In this document: piece after piece, positions 8,103-18,734 of the stretch
Layout: the number at the start of each line of letters is the position of its first letter
Position numbering within the stretch: position 1 is the first letter of the stretch
DNA from: Chloroflexota bacterium
GTDB taxonomy: Bacteria > Chloroflexota > Dehalococcoidia > Lucifugimonadales > GCA-002723415
Assembly (NCBI GenBank): GCA_002721445.1
Contig: PBKN01000008.1
Coordinates: forward strand, 4,156 to 68,155
Length of the DNA stretch: 64,000 bases
Direction of reading: 5' to 3'
Notes under the pieces: model-generated
Database searches by the model: none
What the model saw: only the letters and a program-made list of their open reading frames with translations
What the model was told of the DNA's origin: nothing
Position numbers and translations under genes: made by a program

Positions 8103-9500
8103 ATGTACGATTATGATTTAATAGTAATAGGATCTGGTCCAGCTGGACATAGCGCCGCAATACAAGCTGCTAAAATTAATAAACGAGTTGCATTAATTGA
8201 AGAATCTGAAAGCTTAGGCGGAAATATGGTTCATAGTGGAACTATACCTAGTAAAACATTAAGAGAAGCAGTTTTATATCTTACAGGTTATAGAGAACAC
8301 AACGTTTATGGTGATTCATATTCAGTAAAAAAAGATATCACTATGAATGACTTATTAATCCGAACTGATTACGTTATTCAGCATGAAATTGATACATTAA
8401 AATACCAACTTAGTAGAAACCACATAGATATAATATCAGCTCAAGCATCTTTTATTAGTAATAATGAAATATCTTTAAACTTCAAAGGCGGCGGAACTAC
8501 TCGCAATATTACTGCCGAATATTTTGTTATTGCAGTAGGCACTCATCCAAGTAAACCTACTCATCTAGACATTGATAATGACTTACTATTCCTAAATGAC
8601 GACATATTAAATTTACCATCTCTTCCAAAAACTTTAGTAATAATTGGTGGAGGCCCTATAGGTTTAGAGTATGCAAGTATATTTGCTACATTAGGTGTTA
8701 GAGTAACTCTAATTGACAAATCAAACGCATTATTAAAATTTATGGATTCAGAAATAGTTGACGCTCTAAAATATGAAATCAGAAAAAAAAGAATTACATT
8801 AAGATTAAATGAAGAAGTTGATAATATACAAAAGCATAAAGAAAAAGATGAAAATAAGATAAAAATCATTCTATCTAGTGGCAAGCAAATTATTAGCGAT
8901 AAAGCTTTATATACAATTGAAAGATCAGGAAATATTCAAAATTTAAACTTAGAAAATGCAAAAGTATTATTTAATAAACGAGGACAAATAGAAGTTGATT
9001 CAAATTATAAATCTAATATTCCAAACATCTATGCTGCTGGTGACATTATAGGCTTTCCAAGTTTAGCATCAACTTCTAAAGAGCAAGGAAGATTAGCAAC
9101 ATGCCATGCTTTTAATATTAAAACAAATAATTATCACAAGTTCTATCCTTATGGAATATATACGATTCCAGAGATTTCTATGGTTGGGAGCACAGAAGAA
9201 GAATTAACTGAAAAAGGTATACCTTATGAAATTGGTAAATCTCAATACAAAGAAATTGCTAGAGGTCAAATTATAGGCGATGATACAGGTATATTAAAAC
9301 TTATATTTCATATAGAAACGCGAAAATTACTTGGTGTACACATACTTGGAGAAGGAGCAAGTGAGCTAATACATATAGGACAAAGTGTTTTGGCATTTGA
9401 AGGGACTATAGATTACTTTATAGAAACAGTTTTTAATTATCCTACTTTAGCAGAATGTTATAAACATGCTGCTTTTGATGGCATTAACAAGATTAGTTAA
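8103..9500 (+). CDS. sthA: soluble pyridine nucleotide transhydrogenase (SthA/UdhA-like flavoprotein)
   Basis: YDLIVIGSGPAG is present, and GGNMVHSGTIPSKTLREAV lacks the redox CxxxxC, as in SthA. GDIIGFPSLAS, GIYTIPEISMVG and TVFNYPTLAECYK closely parallel E. coli SthA. Confidence 0.85.
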   Translation: MYDYDLIVIGSGPAGHSAAIQAAKINKRVALIEESESLGGNMVHSGTIPSKTLREAVLYLTGYREHNVYGDSYSVKKDITMNDLLIRTDYVIQHEIDTLKYQLSRNHIDIISAQASFISNNEISLNFKGGGTTRNITAEYFVIAVGTHPSKPTHLDIDNDLLFLNDDILNLPSLPKTLVIIGGGPIGLEYASIFATLGVRVTLIDKSNALLKFMDSEIVDALKYEIRKKRITLRLNEEVDNIQKHKEKDENKIKIILSSGKQIISDKALYTIERSGNIQNLNLENAKVLFNKRGQIEVDSNYKSNIPNIYAAGDIIGFPSLASTSKEQGRLATCHAFNIKTNNYHKFYPYGIYTIPEISMVGSTEEELTEKGIPYEIGKSQYKEIARGQIIGDDTGILKLIFHIETRKLLGVHILGEGASELIHIGQSVLAFEGTIDYFIETVFNYPTLAECYKHAAFDGINKIS

Positions 9501-9506
9501 TCTAAT

Positions 9507-10076
9507 CTATTTTGAAACATATTTATTACCTGAAATAAAAAACCTCAATTTCCTTTCCAAATCTCTTTTTACTCCAATTCTGTTACTGGATTTAATTTCA
9601 TAATTTTCATAAGAATTTTTAACATATAAATTTCCGATTTTATTTGTAGCATCTAATCCATTAAATGATTTATCTATATACATAGCCTGCGTAAGTTTTC
9701 CTGGACCATTAGATAAATCCTTACCATGTTTCGATCTGTTTTTTAACATAAAATCTAAACCTTCTAATGGTTCAATAGCCCTAATTAAAACTGCAGAGGG
9801 AACTCCAAAAGACATTGTAACTATATTTAGCAACCAATTGGAATGAACCATATATATAAAAATTTTCCCAGGTTTATCCCACATTAATTTAGCAAAATTA
9901 TTATAACCTTTATAAGCTCTAGATGGAGGGTCATTTTCACCATAGTAAGCTTCAGTCTCAACAATTTTCCCAGAAACCACAGTATTATTATAAATTCTGA
10001 CCAAATGCTTCCCTAAAATTTTCTTTGCAACTATAGCAGTATCTTGGCTATAAAAAGATTCATCAAGTATATCCAT
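9507..10076 (-). CDS. mpg: DNA-3-methyladenine glycosylase (Mpg/AAG family)
   Basis: VETEAYYGENDPPSRAYKG...IFIYMVHSNWLLNIV matches the ETEAY...ASHA...YVY motif pattern. Confidence 0.85.
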   Translation of the reverse strand: MDILDESFYSQDTAIVAKKILGKHLVRIYNNTVVSGKIVETEAYYGENDPPSRAYKGYNNFAKLMWDKPGKIFIYMVHSNWLLNIVTMSFGVPSAVLIRAIEPLEGLDFMLKNRSKHGKDLSNGPGKLTQAMYIDKSFNGLDATNKIGNLYVKNSYENYEIKSSNRIGVKRDLERKLRFFISGNKYVSK

Positions 10077-10077
10077 T

Positions 10078-11364
10078 TTAACTCTTATTATGACGTTCGA
10101 TCTTATCCCATAAAGATCTAGTAGAAATAGAAATTAATATTATTAAAATAGAACATATAACAGCATTAAGTCCTAAAGAAAATGAAGGAGTACGAATAGT
10201 AGCGATTATACCAGTAAACAAGAAACCAAATGGAAGGCAACCAATTGCGACAGTTACAATACCCAATGCAATTCCTCTTCTTTCTTTATCTGATAAAATC
10301 ATAACTATTGTTGTTTGCATAACTCCAAATCCAGAGGCCCCAACTCCAATTAATAACATTAAAATTACAGATAAAATATAAGATTCTGAAAATGCAAATA
10401 ATAATAGAGCAAATGTCCCTAGTAAAGAACCACAAATATATATTCTTCCTTTAAATTTATAATCCGGACCAAAACCAGCAAGAAATATAGATCCAATTAG
10501 CCCGCCTACACCCGCAGCAGCTAATAAAAACCCCATCAAGTCAGCATCTACTAATAAAACATCTCTTGCAATCACAGGGACAATTTGTAAATAAGGATAA
10601 AAAAGAAGGTTCATAAAAACTGTAATTAATATTACAGATTTTATTCTCTTATGATTATTAACATATTTAACTCCCAAGACTATATCATTAAATATATTTT
10701 TAATTACCTTTAGAATATTAAAACTATCTATTTGATCATCAATACTTTTAATTTTAATATTTTCATCAAATTTAATTAAGAAAATACAAAACAAAGATAA
10801 AAAATAAAAAAGTGGAATAATAAAGTAAGATCCTTCAATACTTAACAAAGATATTAATATACCTGTAACAGCAGGAGCCAGCATCCTGCTAAACTGCATC
10901 CCAAATCCATCAAGCGCAATGGCACTAGTTACTAAAGAATCCCCAAACAAATCATGATTTATAGCTCTTCTTGATGAAAATTCTAAAGCCCAAGAAAAAC
11001 CTGCTATAAATACAACCATATACACATACCAAGATTCAATTAAATCTTGAAAAAACAAAATCATAAAAATAACTGTTGATAAAACAGTCACAAATTGTAC
11101 TATAACTAATAATGTTCTACGATTTACTTTATCAGCTAAATACCCTCCCAATGTTCCAAACATAAAGGACGGAGCAAAGCTAAAGGTCCCGATTAACGCA
11201 ACTAGAAAACTTGAATTTGTTTCCTCCAATATAAACCATGCCAATAAAGTCATCTGGGCAGTCTGACCATTAACTGTAAACATATTACTAAGCCATAGAC
11301 ATCTAAAATTACGATTTTTAAATGGCAGAATAATTTTATTAGAAGAATTAGTTAAATTAGGCAT
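10078..11364 (-). CDS. MFS transporter
   Basis: The 428-aa protein has about 12 hydrophobic segments and a loop 2-3 motif GYLADKVNRR. Confidence 0.8.
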   Translation of the reverse strand: MPNLTNSSNKIILPFKNRNFRCLWLSNMFTVNGQTAQMTLLAWFILEETNSSFLVALIGTFSFAPSFMFGTLGGYLADKVNRRTLLVIVQFVTVLSTVIFMILFFQDLIESWYVYMVVFIAGFSWALEFSSRRAINHDLFGDSLVTSAIALDGFGMQFSRMLAPAVTGILISLLSIEGSYFIIPLFYFLSLFCIFLIKFDENIKIKSIDDQIDSFNILKVIKNIFNDIVLGVKYVNNHKRIKSVILITVFMNLLFYPYLQIVPVIARDVLLVDADLMGFLLAAAGVGGLIGSIFLAGFGPDYKFKGRIYICGSLLGTFALLLFAFSESYILSVILMLLIGVGASGFGVMQTTIVMILSDKERRGIALGIVTVAIGCLPFGFLFTGIIATIRTPSFSLGLNAVICSILIILISISTRSLWDKIERHNKS

Positions 11365-11499
11365 ATATGCCGATTTTTATACAATAAATTATTAATATCA
11401 CTAAACAACCTATAAAATAAATATTTATATTTGTAATAAATCTTAAGTTCAAAAAGATTATATCAAATATATTTCTAAACTAGATACTATTATATATAT

Positions 11500-12840
11500 T
11501 TAAGAGCCCTCAGAGTAATTTTCAATTTTTGAAAATGATCTTAATAAAGAAAGATATTCTTTTTTTGTTAAAACAGGATTAAATTTCTCTTTAACTTCTT
11601 TTCCTTTAATTCCATTATTATACATTAAATCTATTACTGTTCCTGCCATAGATTTAGATGAGTCAGCAATTGCTAATTCGTAATCTTCAATTAAATAATC
11701 TAACCCATGACCTTTTCCTGTTGCAACAGAAACAAAAGGATGAATAATTGGAATTAAATTTGATAAATCGCCCATATCAGATGAACCTGTTTCATGTCCC
11801 CTTTGTTTAATTTCACTAGGTTTTACTATCTTATCTAAATTATTTAAATAAATTTCTTGTAACAAATCATTATTATGCAACGGTAGAAACCCAGGTATAG
11901 TATTAATATCTACAGACCCTCCCATAGCTAAAGCTCCAGCTTTAATTGATCGATCAACTTTTTTTGAAGCTGAAATGATAGCATCTATCGTCTTTCCTCT
12001 TATAAATGTTTCTATACCAACGTCATCTGGTATAGCACTTACAGCCTCTCCTCCACGAGTAATAATTGGATGAATTCTAATTGTATCCTCCTCACGAAAA
12101 GTCTCCCTTTGTGCATTAATAGCTGATAGAGCAATATTTGATGCATATAACGCATTTACACCTAGATAAGGAGCAGAACCTGCATGAGATGCAACTCCTT
12201 TAAATGAAATAAGTTTTGCAATCATTCCATTAAATGTACCGCCAACTTCAAACTTTATCCCTTTTTGCTTACCTGCTGTATGTGTCATCATTGCTATATC
12301 TATATCATCAAACTCACCTAATTTAACAAATTCAGATTTGCCAACTAAAAATTCTATACTTCCAGACTCTCTAAGTTGATTTCTATATTCAATTTCAATA
12401 TATTCCTCAGCTGGAACTGCTATAAATATAATTTTGCCAAATAGATGTTGCATTACATTAGAAGATTTAATTGCATTAGCTATTGCTAGCATGATTCCAA
12501 TTTGAATATTATGACCGCATGCATGAGCAGCTCCAGTATTTTTATCTGAGTATGGATGAGCCTTAACTATATTAGAATCTAACTCTCCAATGATGGCTAT
12601 TGTAGGACCTGGATTTGGTCCTTCTAAAATAGCTTTAACTCCTGTTAAAGCTATTTTATCTTCATAAGGAATTCCTATTCTAGATAATTCATCTGTGACA
12701 GTCTTAGCAGTTTTATATTCTCTATATCCTGATTCAGGATTATTTAATATTTTTTTTGAAATTTCAATATATTTATTTCTGTTAGAATCTATATTCTGAA
12801 AAACTTTTTGTTTTATTTCTTCTAAATTCAAATGATTCAT
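11500..12840 (-). CDS. M20-family amidohydrolase / aminoacylase
   Basis: AHACGHN and the metal-ligand spacing AVPAEE...H are typical of M20D enzymes. Confidence 0.8.
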   Translation of the reverse strand: MNHLNLEEIKQKVFQNIDSNRNKYIEISKKILNNPESGYREYKTAKTVTDELSRIGIPYEDKIALTGVKAILEGPNPGPTIAIIGELDSNIVKAHPYSDKNTGAAHACGHNIQIGIMLAIANAIKSSNVMQHLFGKIIFIAVPAEEYIEIEYRNQLRESGSIEFLVGKSEFVKLGEFDDIDIAMMTHTAGKQKGIKFEVGGTFNGMIAKLISFKGVASHAGSAPYLGVNALYASNIALSAINAQRETFREEDTIRIHPIITRGGEAVSAIPDDVGIETFIRGKTIDAIISASKKVDRSIKAGALAMGGSVDINTIPGFLPLHNNDLLQEIYLNNLDKIVKPSEIKQRGHETGSSDMGDLSNLIPIIHPFVSVATGKGHGLDYLIEDYELAIADSSKSMAGTVIDLMYNNGIKGKEVKEKFNPVLTKKEYLSLLRSFSKIENYSEGS

Positions 12841-12936
12841 TATATTTCCTCCAAAGAATTAAATCTGATCGCTCTACGTAGAATAAAATGATACTATATT
12901 ACAAATATAAAGAGTAAAAGTTTACAGTTATAATAC

Positions 12937-14286
12937 ATGAAAAAGCCAAATATAATTGTGTTTTTATCTGATGATCAAGGAGTATGGGCATCAGGATGTT
13001 ATGGAAACACAGAAATAATAACACCCAACATAGATAAAATTGCAGAAAAAGGTATTCAATTCAATAATTTTTTTGTAGCTACTCCAGTATGTTCTCCAAG
13101 CAGAGCAACTTTTCTAACTGGAATGATTCCATCACAACATGGAATCCATGACTATATATCTGAAGGAAATACAGGAAAAACATCTATTCAATACCTAAAA
13201 GAAACTATAACTTATACAGATATATTGTCAGATAATGGATGGACTTGCGGTATATCTGGCAAATGGCATTTAGGAAGTAGCGAAATACCCCAGCATGGTT
13301 TTTCAGATTGGTATGTACATCAAAAAGGTGGTGGCCCTTACTATAATGCTCCAATGATTAAAAATGGTGAACTGATAAATGAACCTGGATATATAACTGA
13401 TGCAATTACAAATCAAGCAATTAATTTATTAGACAAATACTCAAAAAACACTTCTCCATTTTATATCAGTGTTCATTATACTGCTCCTCATGGTCCATGG
13501 ATTAATAACCATCCTAAAGAAATATTAGACTATTACAATGATTGTAAATTTGAATCTTGCCCTCAAGAACCTAGACATCCTTGGGCAATTTGGTTGACTG
13601 ATGAAAACTTAGGAAATATAGATTCACTAAAAGGTTATTTTGCTGCTGTTACAGCTATGGATAAAGGAATTGGAAATATTTTAAACAAGCTAGATGATCT
13701 AGGTTTAACTAATGATACTTTAGTTATATTTACAAGTGATAATGGATTCTCTTGTGGACAAAAAGGATTTTGGGGAAAAGGTAATGGAACTAATCCTAGG
13801 AATATGTATGAAAATTCGATTAAAGTTCCAGCAATATTTAGCCAACCAGGTACAATTCCAATGGGTAAAATAGAAACAGAAATGATAAGCGCATATGATT
13901 TCTTTCCAACTATAATTGATTATGTAAACTTACCTGTAAATAATGATAATAAATTACCTGGGACTAGCTTTAAAGAAGCTTTATTAAATAGTAACTACAA
14001 AGGAAAAGATGACATAGTAATTTTTGATGAATATGGACCCGTAAGAATGATAAGAACAAAAGAATGGAAATATGTACACAGATATCCAAAAGGACCTAAC
14101 GAATTATATAATTTGATAAAAGACAATAATGAAAGAAATAATTTAATAAATTATAAAAAATATGAATTATTAATTTCTGATTTAAAATCTAAAATGGATA
14201 AATGGTTTTTGCAATATGTTAACCCTAACAAAGATGGAATCAATCAAAATCCTAACTTAGATGGACAACAGGGCTTATTACCTTAA
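12937..14286 (+). CDS. Cys-type sulfatase (arylsulfatase family)
   Basis: NIIVFLSDDQG, the formylglycine motif CSPSRATFLTG, GKWHLG and FTSDNG are all present. Confidence 0.9.
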   Translation: MKKPNIIVFLSDDQGVWASGCYGNTEIITPNIDKIAEKGIQFNNFFVATPVCSPSRATFLTGMIPSQHGIHDYISEGNTGKTSIQYLKETITYTDILSDNGWTCGISGKWHLGSSEIPQHGFSDWYVHQKGGGPYYNAPMIKNGELINEPGYITDAITNQAINLLDKYSKNTSPFYISVHYTAPHGPWINNHPKEILDYYNDCKFESCPQEPRHPWAIWLTDENLGNIDSLKGYFAAVTAMDKGIGNILNKLDDLGLTNDTLVIFTSDNGFSCGQKGFWGKGNGTNPRNMYENSIKVPAIFSQPGTIPMGKIETEMISAYDFFPTIIDYVNLPVNNDNKLPGTSFKEALLNSNYKGKDDIVIFDEYGPVRMIRTKEWKYVHRYPKGPNELYNLIKDNNERNNLINYKKYELLISDLKSKMDKWFLQYVNPNKDGINQNPNLDGQQGLLP

Positions 14287-14306
14287 TTTATAGGAGATAA
14301 ATTTAT

Positions 14307-15305
14307 ATGAATGATTATAAATTCAAAGTTTATTATATAGATATTCAAGATAGTGATGAAATTAAATCAACTCAAAAACAATTAGATGTTGCAAACGCAA
14401 AATTAATTCCAATAAAAACTCCAAAAGTTGAAAAAGAACTTATTAATAAAATTAAAGATGCAGACGGATTAATAGTTGTTGAATCTCAAATTAATGAAAA
14501 TATAATTAATAATTTAGAAAAATGCAAAGTTATACTTAGGACTGGTGTTGGATTTGATGTGATTAACATCAATGCTGCAAATAAAAAAAATATTGCTATA
14601 GTTAATGTTCCAGATTTATGGACAAGAGAAGTAGCTAACCATGCAATGGCTCTTTTACTTAATTTAAATAGAAAAATCAGTATTTCACAAAGAGATATTC
14701 AAAATCATGTATGGACACCAACATTGCCATATAAAGTTGGCAGTCTATATAAAGAAACTCTTGGAATAATAGGATTGGGCAGAATAGGAAGTGAAACTGC
14801 AAAAAGAGCTATCTCTTTTGATTTAAATGTAATTGCTTATGACCCTTATCAAAATGAAGAATATTTTAATAAACGCAAAGTAACAAAAGTTAACCTTGAA
14901 GAATTACTTATAAAATCAGATTATATTTCCTTGCATTGCCCTCTGAATAAAGAAACTAGCCACATAATTAATAAATCTACTCTCTCTTTAATGAAAAAAT
15001 CTGCATTAATCATTAATACTTCACGTGGACCAGTTATTAATGAAAAAGATTTAATTGAAGCTTTAAATGATGGAGAAATATCAGGTGCAGGCTTAGATGT
15101 ATTAGAAAAAGAACCTCCTGATGAAAACAACCCATTATTAAATATGAATAATGCTATTGTAAGCCCTCATTCTGCACATTATTCAAATGAATCAATGAAA
15201 ACAAGGTATATAAGGTTTGGCTCTGAAGTTGCTAAAGTATTAAATGGATATATGCCACTTAATTTAGTAAATAAAGATATTTCAAATAATTTGAAACTTA
15301 AATAA
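14307..15305 (+). CDS. D-isomer-specific 2-hydroxyacid dehydrogenase
   Basis: The NAD fold GIIGLGRIGSETAKRA is present, together with LINTSRGPVI and GAGLDVLEKEP...SPH. Confidence 0.85.
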   Translation: MNDYKFKVYYIDIQDSDEIKSTQKQLDVANAKLIPIKTPKVEKELINKIKDADGLIVVESQINENIINNLEKCKVILRTGVGFDVININAANKKNIAIVNVPDLWTREVANHAMALLLNLNRKISISQRDIQNHVWTPTLPYKVGSLYKETLGIIGLGRIGSETAKRAISFDLNVIAYDPYQNEEYFNKRKVTKVNLEELLIKSDYISLHCPLNKETSHIINKSTLSLMKKSALIINTSRGPVINEKDLIEALNDGEISGAGLDVLEKEPPDENNPLLNMNNAIVSPHSAHYSNESMKTRYIRFGSEVAKVLNGYMPLNLVNKDISNNLKLK

Positions 15306-15309
15306 ATTA

Positions 15310-16086
15310 TTAGTTTTGAATTCTAGCAATAAAATCCAGCTCAAGCCGAAGTGTATCATCAAGAGTTAAAATAAACGGTAAACTAGGTTTTCTAATATCA
15401 AATGTATCAAATTCAATTGATGTTTTAGCAATTCCTTTAATATCTTCATTTTCAATATTAGCTAATAATGTCCAAGAAATTTCTTTTGTTACTCCATGTA
15501 TCGTCATATCTCCAATTAATGTTAGATTAACTTCACCAGAAGTAGGTAGCGGGCCATTCAAACCTTCCATCATATTAATTTCAAAAATTGCTTCGGGAAA
15601 TTTATTAGATTCTAAAGCATTATTTTTAATATAATTATCTCTTTTAGATTCATCACTTTTTAAGCTTTTTACATTAACTACAAATCTTGAACCTTTTGCT
15701 ATCAACTTACCTTCTGAAGAAATTATTATTTTACCTTCAACTAATTGAGTTTCCCCACTTACATCTTTTTCTGAAACCCATCTAGCTAGTTGTTCTCTAA
15801 CTATATATCTAGCAGTTGAACCTTTCTCTATATTAATAATTTTTTCGACTAAAGTAGATTCTTCTGATACATTGTTGGCTTTAGCTATAGCAGTAGGCTG
15901 CTCTTCTTTATCATTAGGTTTGGCAGCAGTAGTAGGCTGCTCTTCTTTCTGATTGGGTTTGGCAGCAGTAGTAGGCTGCTCTTCTTTATCATTAACATAT
16001 ATTGGACTGTCAATATCTGTGGTATTTGAACAAGCCAAAATAAAAAGGCATAATAAAGAACAAATATATATAATTTTATTATTCAT
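15310..16086 (-). CDS. YceI-family lipoprotein with tandem-repeat linker
   Basis: The signal/lipobox LFILAC is present. The YceI blocks SDESKRDNYIKNNALESNKFPEAIFE and GDMTIHGVTKEISW are also present. Confidence 0.75.
   Translation of the reverse strand: MNNKIIYICSLLCLFILACSNTTDIDSPIYVNDKEEQPTTAAKPNQKEEQPTTAAKPNDKEEQPTAIAKANNVSEESTLVEKIINIEKGSTARYIVREQLARWVSEKDVSGETQLVEGKIIISSEGKLIAKGSRFVVNVKSLKSDESKRDNYIKNNALESNKFPEAIFEINMMEGLNGPLPTSGEVNLTLIGDMTIHGVTKEISWTLLANIENEDIKGIAKTSIEFDTFDIRKPSLPFILTLDDTLRLELDFIARIQN
15883..15999. repeat. three imperfect 39-nt in-frame tandem repeats (13 aa, KEEQPTTAAKPNx)
   Basis: The unit ggcagcagtagtaggctgctcttctttctgattgggttt at 15922-15960 is flanked by near-copies on both sides. 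Confidence 0.9.
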
Positions 16087-16205
16087 GTAGACTCCAAATC
16101 CTAATAAATGAATAATTAGTTAGGATTACAATAATATCTTAAAGATCTAATATATATTTTAAACTTAAAATCAAATAAAGCACAACTTAAATATAAGGAT
16201 GAATT

Positions 16206-17417
16206 ATGAAAAATAAAAAACAACATTTATCTGAAAACGAGGCAAGAGATTTACATGAACAAGCATTAGTGATTGATACTCAACAGCCTCCTGCAACTTC
16301 AGGTTTTATTTTTACGGAAAAAATGAAATTAGAACTTTTAGAAATGGAAAAACTTGGATATAACAGACAAGAAGCTTCATCAGCTTTGACAAAAGTTGCT
16401 GAACAAGAAATCAGAACATCTGCATCTGCCAGAGCACAATACTTAGGTTTGTGGAAAAGATCTGGTGTGAATATCGCTAGCGGAACATATAGTGCAGGTA
16501 CAGCTATTGAAAATGCATTTATGACTGCTACAGAAGGAATAGCTCAAGCTAGGTCTTATATAGATGCTTTAGATGGTGAATTAAAATTAATTTTAAATTC
16601 TAAAGATATTGAAGAAGTTTATAATTCCGGAAAAAGAGGTTTAATAATAGATTTTCAAGATACATTACCCTTTGGCACAGACTTAAACAAAATTGAATAC
16701 TTTTATAATTTAGGATTAAGAGTTGTGCAATTAACTTATAATCTTAGGAATTTAGTAGGCGATGGATGCACAGAAAAATATAAATCAGGCTTATCTTATT
16801 TTGGAAGAACTGTAGTAGAAAAATTAAATGAAATGAAAATGGCTGTAGATGTTAGCCATTGTAGCCAGCAAGTAGGATGGGATGCTTTAGAAATTTCAAG
16901 CTCTCCAATAATTATTACCCATTCTTCGAGTAATGCCATATGCTATCACGATAGAGGTAAAGATGACGATTTAGCTAAAGCAGTAGCAAATAAAGGTGGG
17001 TTTTTTGGAGTAGCAATAGTACCAGGCTTTTTACAGGATAATGGAAGTATAGCCACATTAGATGATTTTGCTAAACATATTACTCACCTTGTAAATATAA
17101 TGGGAATTGAACATGTAGGTATTGGTAGCGATATCTGCGGTAATGGTCCAGAAACTGGGGTCGTATTTGATGAAGAATTTCCTAAAAGTATGCCAAGACA
17201 AATTGAATATTACCGCGAAAATCCTGATAAATTTAATTGGTCAGGGTTTAGAGAAGAACATAGACTTACCCCAAATTATCGTATAGACGGTTTTAATAAT
17301 TTTGGTGACTGGCCTAATTTAACTGTCAAATTAGCAGAAAAGGGGTTCAACGAAGAAGAATTAAGAAAATTATTAGGATTAAATTATTTAAGATATTTTC
17401 GTGAAGTAATAGGTTGA
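16206..17417 (+). CDS. membrane (renal-type) dipeptidase, peptidase family M19
   Basis: VIDTQ..., VQLTYN, DVSHCS, ITHSS and GIGSD match the M19 motif series. Confidence 0.8.
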   Translation: MKNKKQHLSENEARDLHEQALVIDTQQPPATSGFIFTEKMKLELLEMEKLGYNRQEASSALTKVAEQEIRTSASARAQYLGLWKRSGVNIASGTYSAGTAIENAFMTATEGIAQARSYIDALDGELKLILNSKDIEEVYNSGKRGLIIDFQDTLPFGTDLNKIEYFYNLGLRVVQLTYNLRNLVGDGCTEKYKSGLSYFGRTVVEKLNEMKMAVDVSHCSQQVGWDALEISSSPIIITHSSSNAICYHDRGKDDDLAKAVANKGGFFGVAIVPGFLQDNGSIATLDDFAKHITHLVNIMGIEHVGIGSDICGNGPETGVVFDEEFPKSMPRQIEYYRENPDKFNWSGFREEHRLTPNYRIDGFNNFGDWPNLTVKLAEKGFNEEELRKLLGLNYLRYFREVIG

Positions 17418-17419
17418 TT

Positions 17420-18010
17420 TTACAAAGTAACAGCCCAGATTACTATAATTACTGTTAATATAATCATTAATCTAGTTAAATATTGATTATTCGGTATAGT
17501 CTTACCAATAATACTTCCAATTAAACACCATAGTGTATGAAGAAATAATTGGCATGTAGCAAATCCTAATACAACTGTAACAAGTTGAATTTGAAAAGAA
17601 CCTAATGCTGGTGCAAAATTACTCCAAGCTAAAGCACTCATCACCCAGGCTTTTGGGTTTAATGGATGCACAACTAGACCGTTAGCAAACTTAAATTGAT
17701 GTGATTTATTTGAAAAATTATTTTGAGTAGTTGTAGAATTCCAAGAACGAATTGCTAACCAAATCATATATATAGCACTTAAATACTTAAAAGTCTCATG
17801 TAATATTGGTGAATTAGATAATATTATACTAAAGCCAAATCCGATAAATATATTTAACGCAATTTTCCCACAAATTAAACCAAATATAAATCCAATACAT
17901 CTCTTAAGTCCAATTTGTGACCCTCCGAGCACAAGTAATAAATTAGCTGGACCTGGAGTACCAACCATTAAAATCATGAATCCAAAAAGTGGTACGTAAT
18001 TATCAACCAT
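17420..18010 (-). CDS. LysE/RhtB-family amino-acid exporter
   Basis: The 196-aa protein has six hydrophobic segments and an N-terminal TPGPANLL motif. Confidence 0.8.
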   Translation of the reverse strand: MVDNYVPLFGFMILMVGTPGPANLLLVLGGSQIGLKRCIGFIFGLICGKIALNIFIGFGFSIILSNSPILHETFKYLSAIYMIWLAIRSWNSTTTQNNFSNKSHQFKFANGLVVHPLNPKAWVMSALAWSNFAPALGSFQIQLVTVVLGFATCQLFLHTLWCLIGSIIGKTIPNNQYLTRLMIILTVIIVIWAVTL

Positions 18011-18015
18011 TAATA

Positions 18016-18657
18016 TTATTTATTTAATTCTTCAACTTTTTGAAAATCTAAATTCGCGTTATCAAATCTTTTTAATTCTTCATAAATTTTGCCTCTATTA
18101 TAATAAGCATCTATAAATTCAGGATTGTTTTTAATTGCCTTAGTAAAATTCTCTAAAGCTAATTCATATTGATCTGTATAAGCATAAATATTTGCAATAT
18201 TATAATAAGCAATAGGATCAAAAGGGTTAAGTTCTATTGCTATTTGAAAATCATTTATAGCTTTTGGATAAACCTTCATATTATCCCAAAGATGTCCGCG
18301 ATTATTGTAAGAATTTGCATAAGATGGATTGATATCAATTGCTGCATTATAATCATCTATAGCTTTTTGAAATTCTCCCAATGATTTATAAGCTACTCCT
18401 CTATTATTATAAGCTTCAATATTATTAACATCTAACCTTAATACTTGAGAAAAAGCATTTACAGCGTTTTCAAATTCTCCATCGACTAAAAATTCATTAC
18501 CTTTTGCCATGTAATCATTTAAAGGCAAACCATCAGGTAATAAAACAAGAGGAACCTTAGTTTCTACAATTCTTAAATCTAATTTTGAAGAACCCTCTTG
18601 GGTATTGTTACATGCAATTAATAATATCAAAACAATAAAAAATGTAATTACTCTCAT
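18016..18657 (-). CDS. TPR-repeat lipoprotein
   Basis: The signal LILLIAC is followed by about five 34-aa TPR units (AYNNRG.AY..LG....AI.DY..AI..NP). Confidence 0.8.
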   Translation of the reverse strand: MRVITFFIVLILLIACNNTQEGSSKLDLRIVETKVPLVLLPDGLPLNDYMAKGNEFLVDGEFENAVNAFSQVLRLDVNNIEAYNNRGVAYKSLGEFQKAIDDYNAAIDINPSYANSYNNRGHLWDNMKVYPKAINDFQIAIELNPFDPIAYYNIANIYAYTDQYELALENFTKAIKNNPEFIDAYYNRGKIYEELKRFDNANLDFQKVEELNK

Positions 18658-18734
18658 GATTATTTAGGTAAAACTGCTGCTTTCGGATTTAAAGTCATAA
18701 ATTTCTCCTTTGAAAAATATTCCCTAAATAAATT

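Noticed and set aside
15883-15999. A regularly spaced repeat that might be taken for a mini CRISPR array.
   Set aside because: The units are contiguous with no spacers and are in frame within a CDS, where they encode a repeated peptide.
16097-16127. An inverted repeat AATCCTAA...TTAGGATT in the YceI/dipeptidase divergent region that shares the AGGATT core with the rplU-leader hairpin.
   Set aside because: The arms are only 8 bp with a 15-nt loop. The shared hexamer is SD-like (AGGA) and too short to argue for a repeat family.
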